DNA of 64,000 nt from Rhodosorus marinus CCMP1338 (GCA_029953675.1 JAMWBK010000004.1:2170001-2234000), one strand, 5' to 3'; counted from the stretch's first letter, positions 1 through 11,767 are shown. Program-made: numbers and translations. The notes: generated by a model from the letters alone, not told the origin.

Positions 1-22
1 ACAGTGTCATTCGTGGAACGCC

Positions 23-60
23 ACAGACAAAGTGCGGAGCTTAATCCGCACTTTGTCTGT
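23..60. other. Perfect inverted repeat (16-bp stem, 6-nt loop)
   Basis: ACAGACAAAGTGCGGA (23-38) is the exact reverse complement of TCCGCACTTTGTCTGT (45-60); loop GCTTAA. Confidence 0.9.
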
Positions 61-306
61 CATTCAACGCTGTCCGGCACCTAGCCAGCAGTCCGGTTTA
101 CGCGGATATGATACCAGCAAGCCGGAAGGTGCCAGAAGGCCCAGCGACCGCGAACGCAGCGCCCAGAGCGTAAACCTCTGCACGCAAAAACAGTCATAAG
201 TGGCTACGTATTGTCGACATGTACCGTTCGTCTCTTCTCAGGGCGATGTTCTCTGGCGTCCTCGAGCAACGACCTTCGCGAGCACCTTATATTTAAACAA
301 ATTCAT

Positions 307-3300
307 TCATATAAAATCGTCGTCAAGTTTCGTATCAACCTTTTTGGGCTTCGTCTTCACTGCCTCCTCATCTTCGGCGGCCATAGAGAAAAGCCAATCA
401 AGTGATACCTCCTCCTTCGATTCTTCCTCGTCCTTAGCGGCCGTGTTCTCGATTGGCACTTTCGTGTCCTTCGCATGCCCTGAACCGGTCCCCTTCGCTG
501 GAGGACGAGTACGATCGTCTTCGGATACCATGGAGAACAGCAAATCGAGTGGCACATCTTCATCTTCTAATGCTGCTTTAGCATCTGCTTCATCTATATC
601 GTCTTCCAAATCGAGGTCGTCCAGGCCTTCGAGCTCACTAAGCTCATCGCCGTCGTCATCTACCTCGAATTCCTCGGCCAGCGTCCCGTCCTCGTTGAAC
701 AAGTCTGCGATCTCTGTGTCGAGACGAAGATTCAAATCGTCCTCTTCGTCCTCTAACTCAGACTCATTATCCACCTCATCCTCATCCTCTAAGACGTCTT
801 CAAGGTCCAAGAACCCATCCTCGCCTTCATCGTCAAAGCCCAGCAACTCTGTTCGGGAATCACCCTCCTCCGCCAAGCCGGCTTTGAGGAAGTTGATGTC
901 GTCATCCTCTTCCTCGTTTTCGTCTGCTGCTGCTTGAGGTGCGAGCGGATCATCGAGCTCGTCCTCATCCTCATCTTCGATGATCAAGTCTTCTTCAAAG
1001 CCCTGATGGTCGGACGGAAGATCTTCAAGTTCGTCACTGTCCATTAAGGGTGCAAGACCCAATGAGTCAAGATCATTGGCCGGGACTGGAGCCTTCTTGA
1101 ACCAGGTTTTCGAATCCGTCACCTTTGTCCTCGAACGCCGATCCTGGAAGTCCGACTCGCCAGGATCTTCGTCCGGAATAGACTGGTCGATTCTCTGCAA
1201 AAATTCCTCATCACTGACATCATCATCCTCTTCTGTACTCGGGTGTTCGGTGAAGTCCTTCAGAACTGACAGCAACTGCTTGTCTTCACTTCCCTCGAGT
1301 TTGGCTGAAGCTGCATCAACGCGGGATACGTCTTCCCCTTCTTCAAAACCATCATCATCCGTTTCTGATCCAACGAAGTCTTCCGACTTGTCTTCTGTGA
1401 GCAGATTGCCCTCGTCATCTTCGTTCTCAAGCCGGACAACATCATAGGGCAAGTTCTGCTTCAAAGTTCTGTTGAACATCTTCAAAGCCACAGTCACCTG
1501 GCGACCAGAGAACGTATCAGCCAAATTGGAAAAGGAAAAAACCAATTGTAGCCACTCGGAACATTCTTACCTTGCCTTGACGGGGAAGAGTCTGCTTCAC
1601 CACTCCAGTGCACCCGCCATACGGCCCAGACTTCACAACTATAACATCACCCTTCTTGAAGTCTCTATTACGACGACGCAGTTTCTTCATGTTTACGTTG
1701 GACAAACCTTCCACTTGGCCCAGAATCTCATCCAACTGAGAGAAAGCAGGTTGGAAGAAAAAGAACGCAGTTGCTATCAGCACAGGAAGCTCGAGCAGGC
1801 AGATCTCCCCTTCCCCCCCCCCCCACCCCCCACCAAAGGTCAAGTCCATCTTTTTCATCCCTACCTCATCCGTTCCATCCTCGGGACTCCGCTCCTTGAC
1901 TTCCATTTGATCAAAACTGACCTCCTCTTCTGTTATTCGATTTAGCACAAAGACTTTCACAGTAGCCTAGATCATGAGGGCAACTCGCTTAGCCACGGTG
2001 GGGGAACACAACAAAAGCTTAAACAAATGACATTTCGAAAACGATAGACTACTAAACTCTTGAATGCACAAAGTCATGTAACCGGAACGTAAGCCGAATG
2101 CAAACTTGATAAACAAATTGCAGGTTCAGCAGGTTGTGCAACATAGTCGAACAATGCACCCTGGGACATGCTCAAACAAAGACTCTCTTCGGCGAAAATA
2201 CGACCTCGTCACAACGGACACTAAAAGCGATTTTTTCGCATCCTGAGATCCACGAACGCGCTAAACTTACCACTGACTGTTCAGGAATAACCTTGACAAC
2301 GCTTCCTTCATAATTAGAGAAGGGTCCGGCAGTGATTTTAATTCTCTGACCGGGCAGAAACTTGGCGTCAGGCTCATTTGTGCCATCCTCAGCTCCTTCA
2401 CTGGCGAGTCTCTGGAAAATTTGTTGTATCTGCGCAAGAGCATGTGCAATCAGTTCCTTGCCTCCACTTGATCCTCCGAATACAAGCCTTGGCAATCGTA
2501 TCAGTTGAAATACTTACAACTTGAGGGGGAACCGCAGGGGGCTTCTGAAATGTCCCCTTGAAGTCCTTTTGATTCGTATCCCCGACAAAACCTTGCACAT
2601 ACGGAACGTTGTTAATCTCACGCCAAGTTGGGAAGTCCATAACCATATATATGAGCAGATAACCGGGAAACATCCTGGTTTGTCGGAAGTGGAAACAGGG
2701 CCATGTCTCAATATTTTCAATTCCAAGCTTTCTGAAGTGTTCTAGAAGTCCCTGCAGCGTTCTCACCTATCGTCCTTCTTCACAGTTTTGCCGGCTTTCG
2801 TCAGCTGCATGACACCGATTTTAGGGACTATGACGTCCGCAACCTTCCTGGCAATATTTGGTAGCGAATTGACCATGCCATCAACAGAAGCTCGCACGCG
2901 GTCCTCCATTCCTGCACGTGCTTGTAAAAAGAACCATTCTGGAGCTCTGTTTTGATCGAAATGAAGCCCGCTCTATGATCCAAGCACACACCAGCAAACA
3001 TGTCAGGAAGAGCCTTTCCACACCTGTCCAACAGCTGATAGCAAGACTTTTCTCACCTCTGCTACCAACTCCGCTCCACTCGCTACTTCTTGTACACCGT
3101 CGTTCTCAGAGTCCTCTTCAGGATCTCCTAAAGAAGTCTCTTGGGGCTGATCTGGCAAATCCTCATCATCCTCCTCTTCATCCAGACTACCGAATTTGTC
3201 CCAATTCCGATCTAAGCACGCCTTGAAATCGTCCCCAAATTGGGACGAACCATGGCCACCAACACTCATTCCAACAATACATCTTCTTCTGCATCCAGAA

Positions 3301-3377
3301 CTACCCTGACGTCTTCCGATGCAGCTCACAAACCCCCCTGGCACAAACGCCAGCTTCACCTTCGGCTTCCAATTCAT
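307..3377 (-). CDS. nusG: Plastid-targeted NusG-family transcription factor (NGN + 2 KOW + long acidic C-terminal tail), multi-exon
   Basis: Spliced exons give an NGN domain (APEWFFLQARAGMEDRV...VIVPK...RMFPGYLLIYMVMDFPTWREINNVPYVQGFVG), KOW1 (FLPGQRIKITAGPFSNYEGSV...VKVFVLNRITEEEVSFDQME) and KOW2 (FKKGDVIVVKSGPYGGCTGVV...VTVALKMFNRTLKQNLPY), then about 370 D/E-rich residues. N-terminus MNWKPKVKLAFVPGGFV is transit-peptide-like; GT-AG introns e.g. 2675-2766. Confidence 0.85.
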
Positions 3378-4281
3378 ATTCTTCCCAATAATACCTCAAA
3401 ATATCAAATGAAACAAGCTAACCCTTACAAAACTCCTACCGAAACAAACCAAGCCAGCAAGAAAACCGTTATGGACTCATCGCAAACCCCGTATATCGTC
3501 CCACATATCAAAAGTCAAAAATCAAAACTTCAAATTGGACGGATCGCACCCTCTCCAATATCATGTTTTCCACCCCCTGCCCAAAACTTCCACACACTCC
3601 AACTTCCTCCCACCCACAATCCACCCTCTTCCCCTCCAACCACCTTCTCCTCACCAGCTAAATTGAAATATCCACAGAACCCTAAAAACATAGATTTCAT
3701 GTGCAATCTACTAAAAGAAAGAAAAAAAGAAGAAAAATCTCGTGATCCATTGCGGGGCCAAACTGACGACGGCAGATGGCGGATGATACTTTTTCGTCAC
3801 TTTTGATACCCATTTTGAGGATTTTCTTGTTATAGCGTTTTTTTCCTTTCCTTGAAGTGGCGGAGGGTGGTTGACCTGGGCGCAACACCAAGGTGAACAA
3901 CACACACCGCCAGACAGTTTCAACTGTTGTCTTCTCGTTGTCGTTTGGATTCGCGCAGAAGCAGAGCTGTTGAAATCTGGTACTTTCCTGTTCGTCCGCT
4001 GGATGGCTTTGTCCCAGTGTGTGGATCTGGTTTTCGCGGAGGGCAGATACAACCCCTAAGAGCTGTCTCAGTTTGGCTTGCTAGACTGTGATGATATTGG
4101 CTGGCGGTGTGGATTTCTCGAATCTGGTGTGTTCCACATGCTGTCGCCTCGTAACCGGGGACGATGAGTGTTCGAGTATTCCTGTTAGTGCCGCGCTTTG
4201 CTGTCTGTAAGGAGCTGACGTGATGGATCAAGTTGTAAACCCCAACGACGTGAGAAGATTCTAGTTAGTTTATGTTCACAG

Positions 4282-5514
4282 TTAGCAGAACTTGCTAGGT
4301 AGTCTCGGAGTTTGGGATAGAATAACACTGAGTTCTTCGTAGGTGGGTACAGAGCGTGCTGCGTCAATATGAAGGCACGCGGAGATCAGCGCATAATCTA
4401 GGAGCAGATTTGGATCAAGAGCGGTGTTTCTTTGTAAGCAGGAGACTGTATAGGCCAAAGCTCCAGCTACGAATGCATCGCCAGCGCCCGTAGAGTTGAT
4501 AGTTCCCTCTGGCATGTACGGGCCTCGAAAAACGCGCAGACCAGCGGACGTTCCTTTCAAATTTCCCTCGCTCAGCTTTCCAACGGTGTCGGGATCAGCG
4601 TTCGTGGCCAAGTATGCGCCGTGCGCTCCTATTGAGATGGACACAACGCCAGCCCCACGACTGAGAAAGAAGTCACCCAAAGAAATCACATCCTCCATAG
4701 TAGCAGTTTCCTCATCGATGGAAGCCCTGAGAGTGTGAACGAGTAGCGGCCGATCAGAATTCAATGCGGGGTCAAGGTTTGCGTGGACTGGGTCATGGGG
4801 CTTACCCCGAAACAAACGCAGCTTCTTCGAGGTTTGCATGGACGAAAAAGCAGTGTCGCAGAGCTTCTGTGATCACGCTGGGCTCAGGCTTATCCGCACC
4901 GTTGATGTCGAGGCTGACCAACAGAGAGGCGCGCTTTGCAGCGGAAAACATTTTGTCAAGATTTTCACCCTGTAGATTTCGCATCAAATGGGGATAACCG
5001 AAGTGGAAAACTTTACAGAAAGGTACTCGCTCGAAGAGATCTAGCTTATCTCCGAGAAGAATCTCTGGTGTTGCGACAGAGTTTGCACCCAGGTCCACGT
5101 AACAACCTCGGCCACCGCCTTTAAAAACCGGTAACACTGCTAGCGAGGTGTTGACCTGAACGGTTTACAGAAGTAGTTAGTTAGGTCCGGCACAGAATAA
5201 GGAAACGCTTGCAGGTGAGTACCAACCTCCGGATCAATGACTACGTGGTCTGTATTAACCCCGTTCTCATTGAGCTGTCTGAGGAGCTCTTTTCCGTGAG
5301 GATCATCACCGAGTAGAGTTGAGGCTAGAACTCGTATCTGCAGAGATCCAAGCACACGCGAAGTATTGCTGCATGAACCACCAGCTTCCTGTTTCGTGCC
5401 ATCGAAACTAGTAATAGCCTCTAGAGTTTTCGGACGCTCAGCAGCCATCAGCATCATGTCTACGCAGCTCAGGCCGCAGCACAGGACTCCATACCGATCG
5501 ACCCCTGCCATCAT
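4282..5514 (-). CDS. PfkB/ribokinase-family carbohydrate kinase, 3 exons
   Basis: VLCCGLSCVDM, GGSCSNTSRVLGSL, LGDDPHG, HANLEEA and the PfkB anion-hole signature NSTGAGDAFVAG across ORFs 5140-5655, 4802-5137 and 4282-4839. Confidence 0.85.
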
Positions 5515-6720
5515 CTCCAGCACAAAAAGAAGGACGACAACACCCCCTGTAGATTTTAGGGTCAGGCGAATTCTTCCCAGTCCAAAACAGATCCACCTCC
5601 CATTCAGCGACATCCCTCCCCACCAAATCGATCCGATCAGCAAAACATCCTCCATCCTACTCCGTGAAACGATTCAACCACAAACTACCCATAATGCTTG
5701 ATATTTATTTGTTTCGTGTTTATTCCTGGAGATCACTTGAAAATTAGAAGCTTTCTTCTTCAATCGATAATTCTCAACCACTCTACCCAGGCCCTCCCCC
5801 CCCGTTTAAAGAGGAGCGACAATACTTCTCTGAGTTTGTTTTCAAAAACAAAAACAAGCTTGTGACGAATCGAGGACCTATTTCAATAGTTGATTAACCC
5901 CGTGGATCGTTCGATGGTCGTGCGCGGGATATTATTAAATATAAAAACTATTTTGAGGTTTTATGGCATTTAGATATTTGCTGTACCCCTCATGAAAAAA
6001 AGGGATGTATGCGTTTGTACTATTGTACTACTTTTTTGCGTTCGACATTAGTACAACCAGCGATTCAGACGAATACGATCCATTTGGGTTGGATAGTACG
6101 CTGTCAGTACCTTTAGTGAATTCTGGTAGGAGTTTATTTGTTTTTATTTCTTTTTGTACGGACGCCGTTGGTGGGGACATTTTTTTGTGCAAGACTGGGA
6201 AAAGCAATCGAAGGCGGTGCGGTGGAGCTTGGTAGGGGGTTTTGACTTTTGATCGATCCTTTTCGGGGTTTTGCAGAACTGCGCGGAAGGAAGGGAGGAG
6301 GGTGTATTTGCGTTAGGAGGAAGGAGTGGTCTGGATCTGTTGGAGGCTATCGTGATTGAGGAAGAGAACGATCTTATTGAACTGACCATCGGAACCGATG
6401 CTGTGAAGTGGTTGGATATTTTTCTTCGTTCTGTTTTGGATTGCTGAGTGGGATTTTGGGGAATCCGTGAAGATCCATCAGCGATCTTGGAGCGGTGATA
6501 ACTTTTTGAGACGAGCTTGGAGGAAGAGGATCGCTGGTTCCCATTGGTATGGGAGGCAGACGATAGGGAAAGAGGGTGATGGACGGGATGTTTAGATTGA
6601 TAGGAATTCCCGTCCATGCTATCACCTCCTGTCGCTCTTTTTTAGAGCTAACTGCGTGAGGTTTTTGAATACGATCTGACGTTGAACGTGTGGAGAGTGT
6701 GAACACAGAGGAATTCAATC

Positions 6721-8554
6721 ATGGGAAAGCTCCAGTCGGTGAAGAGGGTGCTGCCGATGCGCCCCCCTCCCCCAAACTGGCAGCTTTTCGAGTTGAAAAG
6801 ATTTTGCTTCGAGGGCTTGGACATTCCCATGTTCAGAAATCCAGCTGTTCTGAGGAGAGCGCTGACTCACCCCACGGAGAGAGACCTTTCTAGAAGATAC
6901 GGCCACAACGCAGCCTTCCAGTTCCTCGGGTTGAGGCTCATCTCTGCAGTCATGGGCAACCTTGCTCTAAAATCCAAGCCCCTACGACTGCAAAACATGG
7001 TTGAGTATGTTACAAGTATGAGCGAGCTCGCGAAATGTGGAAACAAGATTGGACTAAAGCACGTAGTCCACTTCCAGAGAAACAAGATGGGCAGCCCTAC
7101 AGACGTGAATCTGCTTGGCTCCACATATCAGGTATGTCTGTTTCGCAGATATCCCCAAAGCCGTCATAGATCCACTACTTAAAAGAATTCCCTTCGTTTT
7201 CTCGCCGTGTCTCAAGGCGGTAGCGGCAGCAATACTGGTAGACTTTGGTTATGCTGAAGCACAGAAGTTTGTGGAGAGAGGCTTTGCGGAGTTGCTCAAG
7301 GAAAAGCTGGCAGAGGAAGAGGACAGATTCCCCCGCCAACCACACCAAGCCATCTCGGCGGAGATTAATTTCTGGAGGAATCAATCAAAGAAACTGCACA
7401 AGAACAAGAGACCCGAACCACGAGGAGAAATCATCGCGGAAGAAGTGAGAGGACGAATTTACTGTAGAGTACGACTGGAAGTCCTGGGGATCGTTTTGGG
7501 GGTAGGTTCTTACTGTCCGAGCTTCATTTTCAGCAATCCTTGCCAAAGTGTCGTTTAGGCTGTCTAGCTCTGCCTACATTTCTCCGTGACTAAACCGCTT
7601 CTTTCGCCCCCTGTCGTAGAGAGGTGATGGACGTGGGAAGACGCAAGCTGTTAAGAACGCTATTCGTGGAGCTCTGGCTACTCTTCAGAGTCCATACGAG
7701 ACCTTTGAGAGACAGGAGTGGATCCACGGAGACGTTTTCAAACAACCTGCCCACAATGGGCTTTTGTTCTTGCAGGCCCTAGGATGTGTGAAAGATGTCC
7801 GGTATGTTTCAGGTGCTTGCTGAATCATGTGTCTTCTCGATTGGCTGACTCTCTTCTTAAATCTGCCAATGTACACCATAAATAGAAAGACGAAGGATGA
7901 TTGTATATTAGTAGACAGAAAAAAGAAGTACACCACGGGTGAAGAAGCGATCGCGGAACTCCGCCAGCGGACTAGCCACGATTTACAGGATACTGAACAC
8001 ATGCGTTTTGGGTTGGATCTCGACACGAAGAGATTAAGCAAGTACCTCGAAGAAGCCGACATGAAGCAAGTGGCAGAGTTAATCATGGTACGTAGGATTC
8101 GACCGAACCATCTCTATCCCGCCCTGCATGCCGAGGTTCTCATGCAGCAGTGTCACTCGTTGTGACTGGCTCGTTTCCCCTCCAGGTGGCGAACGATAGG
8201 AGCCAAAAACGGCAAGTTTCAAATCGTCTGGTTGTTGGACACATGTTGGTCGATCTGTTCGCATCCGAGGAGGCTTTCTGGGCACTTGCCGTGAACAACG
8301 AACGAGCTGAGGCCGATGGAATGGATCGTTTGATGAGAGCACAGTCGCAGATATGGCTCCAAGCACAGAGAGCGGAGCTGTTGGGTTTCCTCGCAACTGA
8401 TAAGACGGTGGTTGAAGATGCGAAGAATCCAGTCAAAAGAATTTTGGAATCTCAAATGGCAGGGGCCCTGCGGCTGACCCTTTCCGTCGTCTTTGAAAAT
8501 CACGGTTTCAGTGCTGTAAGAGACTTGATGCATGCTATTACATACTATGAGTAG
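6721..8554 (+). CDS. RNase III-like (degenerate) - dsRBD - second RNase III-like (degenerate) protein, 5 exons
   Basis: Domain 1: LRRALTHPT, HNAAFQFLGL, KIGL, GSTYQAVAAAILVDFG. dsRBD: CRVRLEVLGIVLGRGDGRGKTQAVKNAIRGAL. Domain 2: SNRLVVGHMLVDLFASE, AELLGF, GALRLTLSVVFENHGFSAVRDL. Phase-compatible introns at about 7132-7216, 7502-7619, 7802-7882 and 8088-8185 join the ORFs; an upstream exon cannot be excluded. Confidence 0.7.
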
Positions 8555-8695
8555 GGCTAATTATCGACTAAATAGAAAACTAGAACTTGTACACCACTTT
8601 CGTAGTTTCGGCGTACCGAAATTGTTAGGCTCCTGTTAGAATGGACATACGTGCACTCCTTTCATGAGCCTGCGTCCAAGCATTTTAAGCTCGAT

Positions 8696-10917
8696 TCAGA
8701 GCTTCATCTCTTGAATCGCCATGAAGCTATGTCTCATCCGGCTCAAAGTTTCCAGCTTCGTCTTAGGTGTGATTAGGTACAGTCTAAGAGTTTCCAAATC
8801 CTCCAACAGCAGAGATCTGCTCTCGCCGGTCTTCCCATGTCTGTTCATGTAGTTCAAAAGCGCTTGCTCTAATATTGCGACTTGAACGAGAATTCTGGTA
8901 TTGCACATGAGCCTAGCACGGAACGGAAAGAGGTATCTTCTCAGGTCTAACTGCCAAGCCGAAAGCGGTGGGCATGAAAAGACGGCCTTACCAATTCTCG
9001 TCGTTGAGCTTTTCGGGATCTGCGCAAGACGAGTAAAGCTGTAGGCTCCTGTCGATGTCGTGCAAGGCGACAGCCCCCCTGATCGTGGATGACATTTTGT
9101 CTATCGTGCGCTCTCTCATCAGCCTCCTGTTACTTAAAGTCATCACCCATCCCAAGAGAACCATTATTATGCCAGCTGGTGCCAAACTGCGTCATGGCAA
9201 GAGGAAGGAGCCTGCAATGAGCCTATATCACCTTCATCGGAAGTTTCTTGCAAGTCAGCTGGTCGCTTACGAAGAAATCCACAGATTGATCTCATTCGCC
9301 CTCATCAGCTGCTTTACCGAGGTCATGTCCTCCTCGAGTTGAACCATAATGCGTTGGACTTGGATTAGCATCGCCTGTGTGAGGTACCCGGCTACCATAT
9401 TTCTGAATGGGTGAGCCATTTGCTCTTCTATCGTCTTCATTACTAGCGTCATGTCTCCCTGGAGCGACGCAGCAGTTAAGGTCAATTATAAGGTTCGCAT
9501 CTGTCGATTCTTGGAAGCTTGCTCACCAGCTTCGCGCTCTCCAGATGGCTTGGATCGGTGGACTTGGTTTTAACAAAGTCCAGAATCATCGTGTGCAAGC
9601 TTTCTCTTGCCTGTTTAGTGAAGGAAGAACCCATATCTTAGAAGAACTCCCCCACATATTATTCACTTGAAAACAGCGTGGCCTGTCTGTTGAGGGGAGA
9701 CCCGTACATCTGCAGCGGACTTCACCTGCTTTTCGGTATCATCGGATTCGCTGACAAGGTCCAAATAAATATGCAGGAGTGGGTCCACCATCCGGTCCTA
9801 TTGGAAAAGGGAATACGGCGAGTAAGTAGTGGGTGGGCGGAAAAATAAGCATCTACTAAGTGCAGTTCCCGTAGGGTGACGGGACAGTTTGAGCCCCTAT
9901 AGCGGTAACTTACGTTTATGAAGTCCTTAGCAAATTCACCGCGAGAGAGTACCCATCTTGAAAAACCATCAGAATCGCCCTTGGTAAGTTTGTAGTAAGC
10001 TACGGTTACCCCGACTCCTGCCATCACCGCCGTGGTCACTGGAAGCCTGTTTTAGTATCCGAAGCAAGTGGGGTTGCTTTAGTCTTGAGTGCACTACATC
10101 AGCACGTTGAAGCTACGCTTAAGATCGGGAAGTCCAACGTACCAGTTTCTTCTCCACCATCTAGGGATGGATGAGATCTGAACCACACAGTTCCTAATTG
10201 CATGCGTGTTCGACTGTATGGTTTCCTCAAAATCTGCCATCGCCACGTCACTTCCGGGTGAAACTTTATCAACCGACATGAACTGCAGTCTCTCTAGGTC
10301 CGCGTCGGATACGGCATCAATCATTGCAAGAATATGTGCCCTGATCTGCTTCGTCTTGGTCTCAACGTCCGTCCAAACCTCAGAGCCCAACTTTAAAACT
10401 GAAACCGCTCGATGGATTTCGCCTACTAGTCTACAAAGAACCGCGTCCAGCGCTTCCAGGGATTGCAACCTCTGCGATATAGTTCTTTCCGAAAACTTTC
10501 TCCATCCTGATATGGGGACCTGATATAACTTCTCGGTATGGGCTTGGACTAGATACCAAATAGGTCTATCACACCACGGCGCCAAAGCATACAACGCATG
10601 CCCAAGAGAAGGCAGATCAGACTCACTCCTTTTTCGTGCTGGGCGAGCGCATAAGAACCCACAGCTCACCTCCTGAGGCAATACTGCCAGTATCTTCTCT
10701 CGGCGGAGAGCGTTGCCAGTCCATCCACGCAAGAATCGATAAATACCCCAACGCATCTCAAAAAATGATCAATCTGCTCCAGGGCGCGCTCGGCACTCTC
10801 GGACATTCCATCTTCACCGGGCTCAAACGGAGTGGACTCCAAGGGTATTAATAGCGGAAGATCTGATTCTCTCAGCGCGCGAAAAAACTTCCGACTCTGC
10901 CTCAACTTCAGATCCAT
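8696..10917 (-). CDS. NCA2/DGS1-family mitochondrial outer-membrane protein, multi-exon
   Basis: LTQAMLIQVQRIMVQLEEDMTSVKQLMRANEINLWIS matches the NCA2/DGS1 C-terminal LLIQ..K.D...AM..LDQIL.ANEIN pattern; hydrophobic segments at 9722-10039 and 8988-9185. Confidence 0.7.
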
Positions 10918-10944
10918 GGCAGTGCACACTGTTCCTTATCCTCC

Positions 10945-11525
10945 AGCTCAAACCTTAACAAAGCCTTGCTCGTAGCCCCGACCAAGTCTTTTCTCAGAGT
11001 CTCCTCGCCCTGCACACCTACCCACGAAGAAGTCTTCCGGATCAAACCTTAATAAAGCCTGGTTCGGAGCCTCCGCCAACTACTGTCTCAGGGCCTCTTC
11101 GCCCTGAGCACCTGCCGAAGAAGAAGCCCTTCAGTTCAACATCATCTGTTTTCTGCCTCTGGCCAGAACCAGTCACCCAGGTACCCCATTGTTCCTCAAA
11201 AAAACTCGTACCAGAAAATATTTCTCTTCAGTGCCTGCTGTATCATGCGCCAGGTTCCATGGGCCAAGTTATGTGTTCTTCTAAACTCCTTTCAGAAATT
11301 TTCACTCCCGCATTGCCTGTGTATCATGCGCCGTTCTCCGATGGCCCGGTAAATTATTGCCCTAATCTCCTTCCCGAAAGACCTCCTCTAGTATTTGCCT
11401 GGACCATGCACCAGGTTCCACTTGGCCAAGTAAATCCTTCTTCTAAACTCCTTCCAGAATCAAGCGTTCCCAATCGCTCGTCTGTATCATCAGCCTTGTT
11501 CAATTGGCCAGACATTTATTCTCGT
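10945..11525. repeat. Degenerate tandem repeats: two ~94-bp units followed by three to four ~81-bp units
   Basis: AAACCTTAA-AAAGCC recurs at 10950 and 11044. The + frame shows GQVMCSSKLLSE / GPVNYCPNLLPE / GQVNPSSKLLPE at an exact 27-codon period. Confidence 0.75.
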
Positions 11526-11767
11526 TAAAGCCACCGCACAGAAGGCTCGCTCGCCACCCGAAATCGATCGATCGATGAATCAAGCGTGCTTGGCCAGCAG
11601 TTTGATCCCGTCATCAAATCAGTTGGGACAGGTTTTTCGGTTCTTGAATATCCAAAACTATTCTACCGGATTGATACGAGATTTAGGGTTTCCAATAGAA
11701 TTTGGGACAGAAACGAAACGGGACAAACTGGTTGCTGGGTGCGAAAGTTCGTGAATCATCCAGAAAG

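Noticed and set aside
200-937. 245-aa Ser-rich ORF on + (and 1076-1447)
   Set aside because: Antisense shadow of the GAA/GAT-rich acidic tail of nusG
10945-11525. Regularly spaced repeats suggesting a CRISPR array
   Set aside because: Units are divergent along their whole length with no identical repeat/unique spacer structure, there are no cas genes, and the context is eukaryotic
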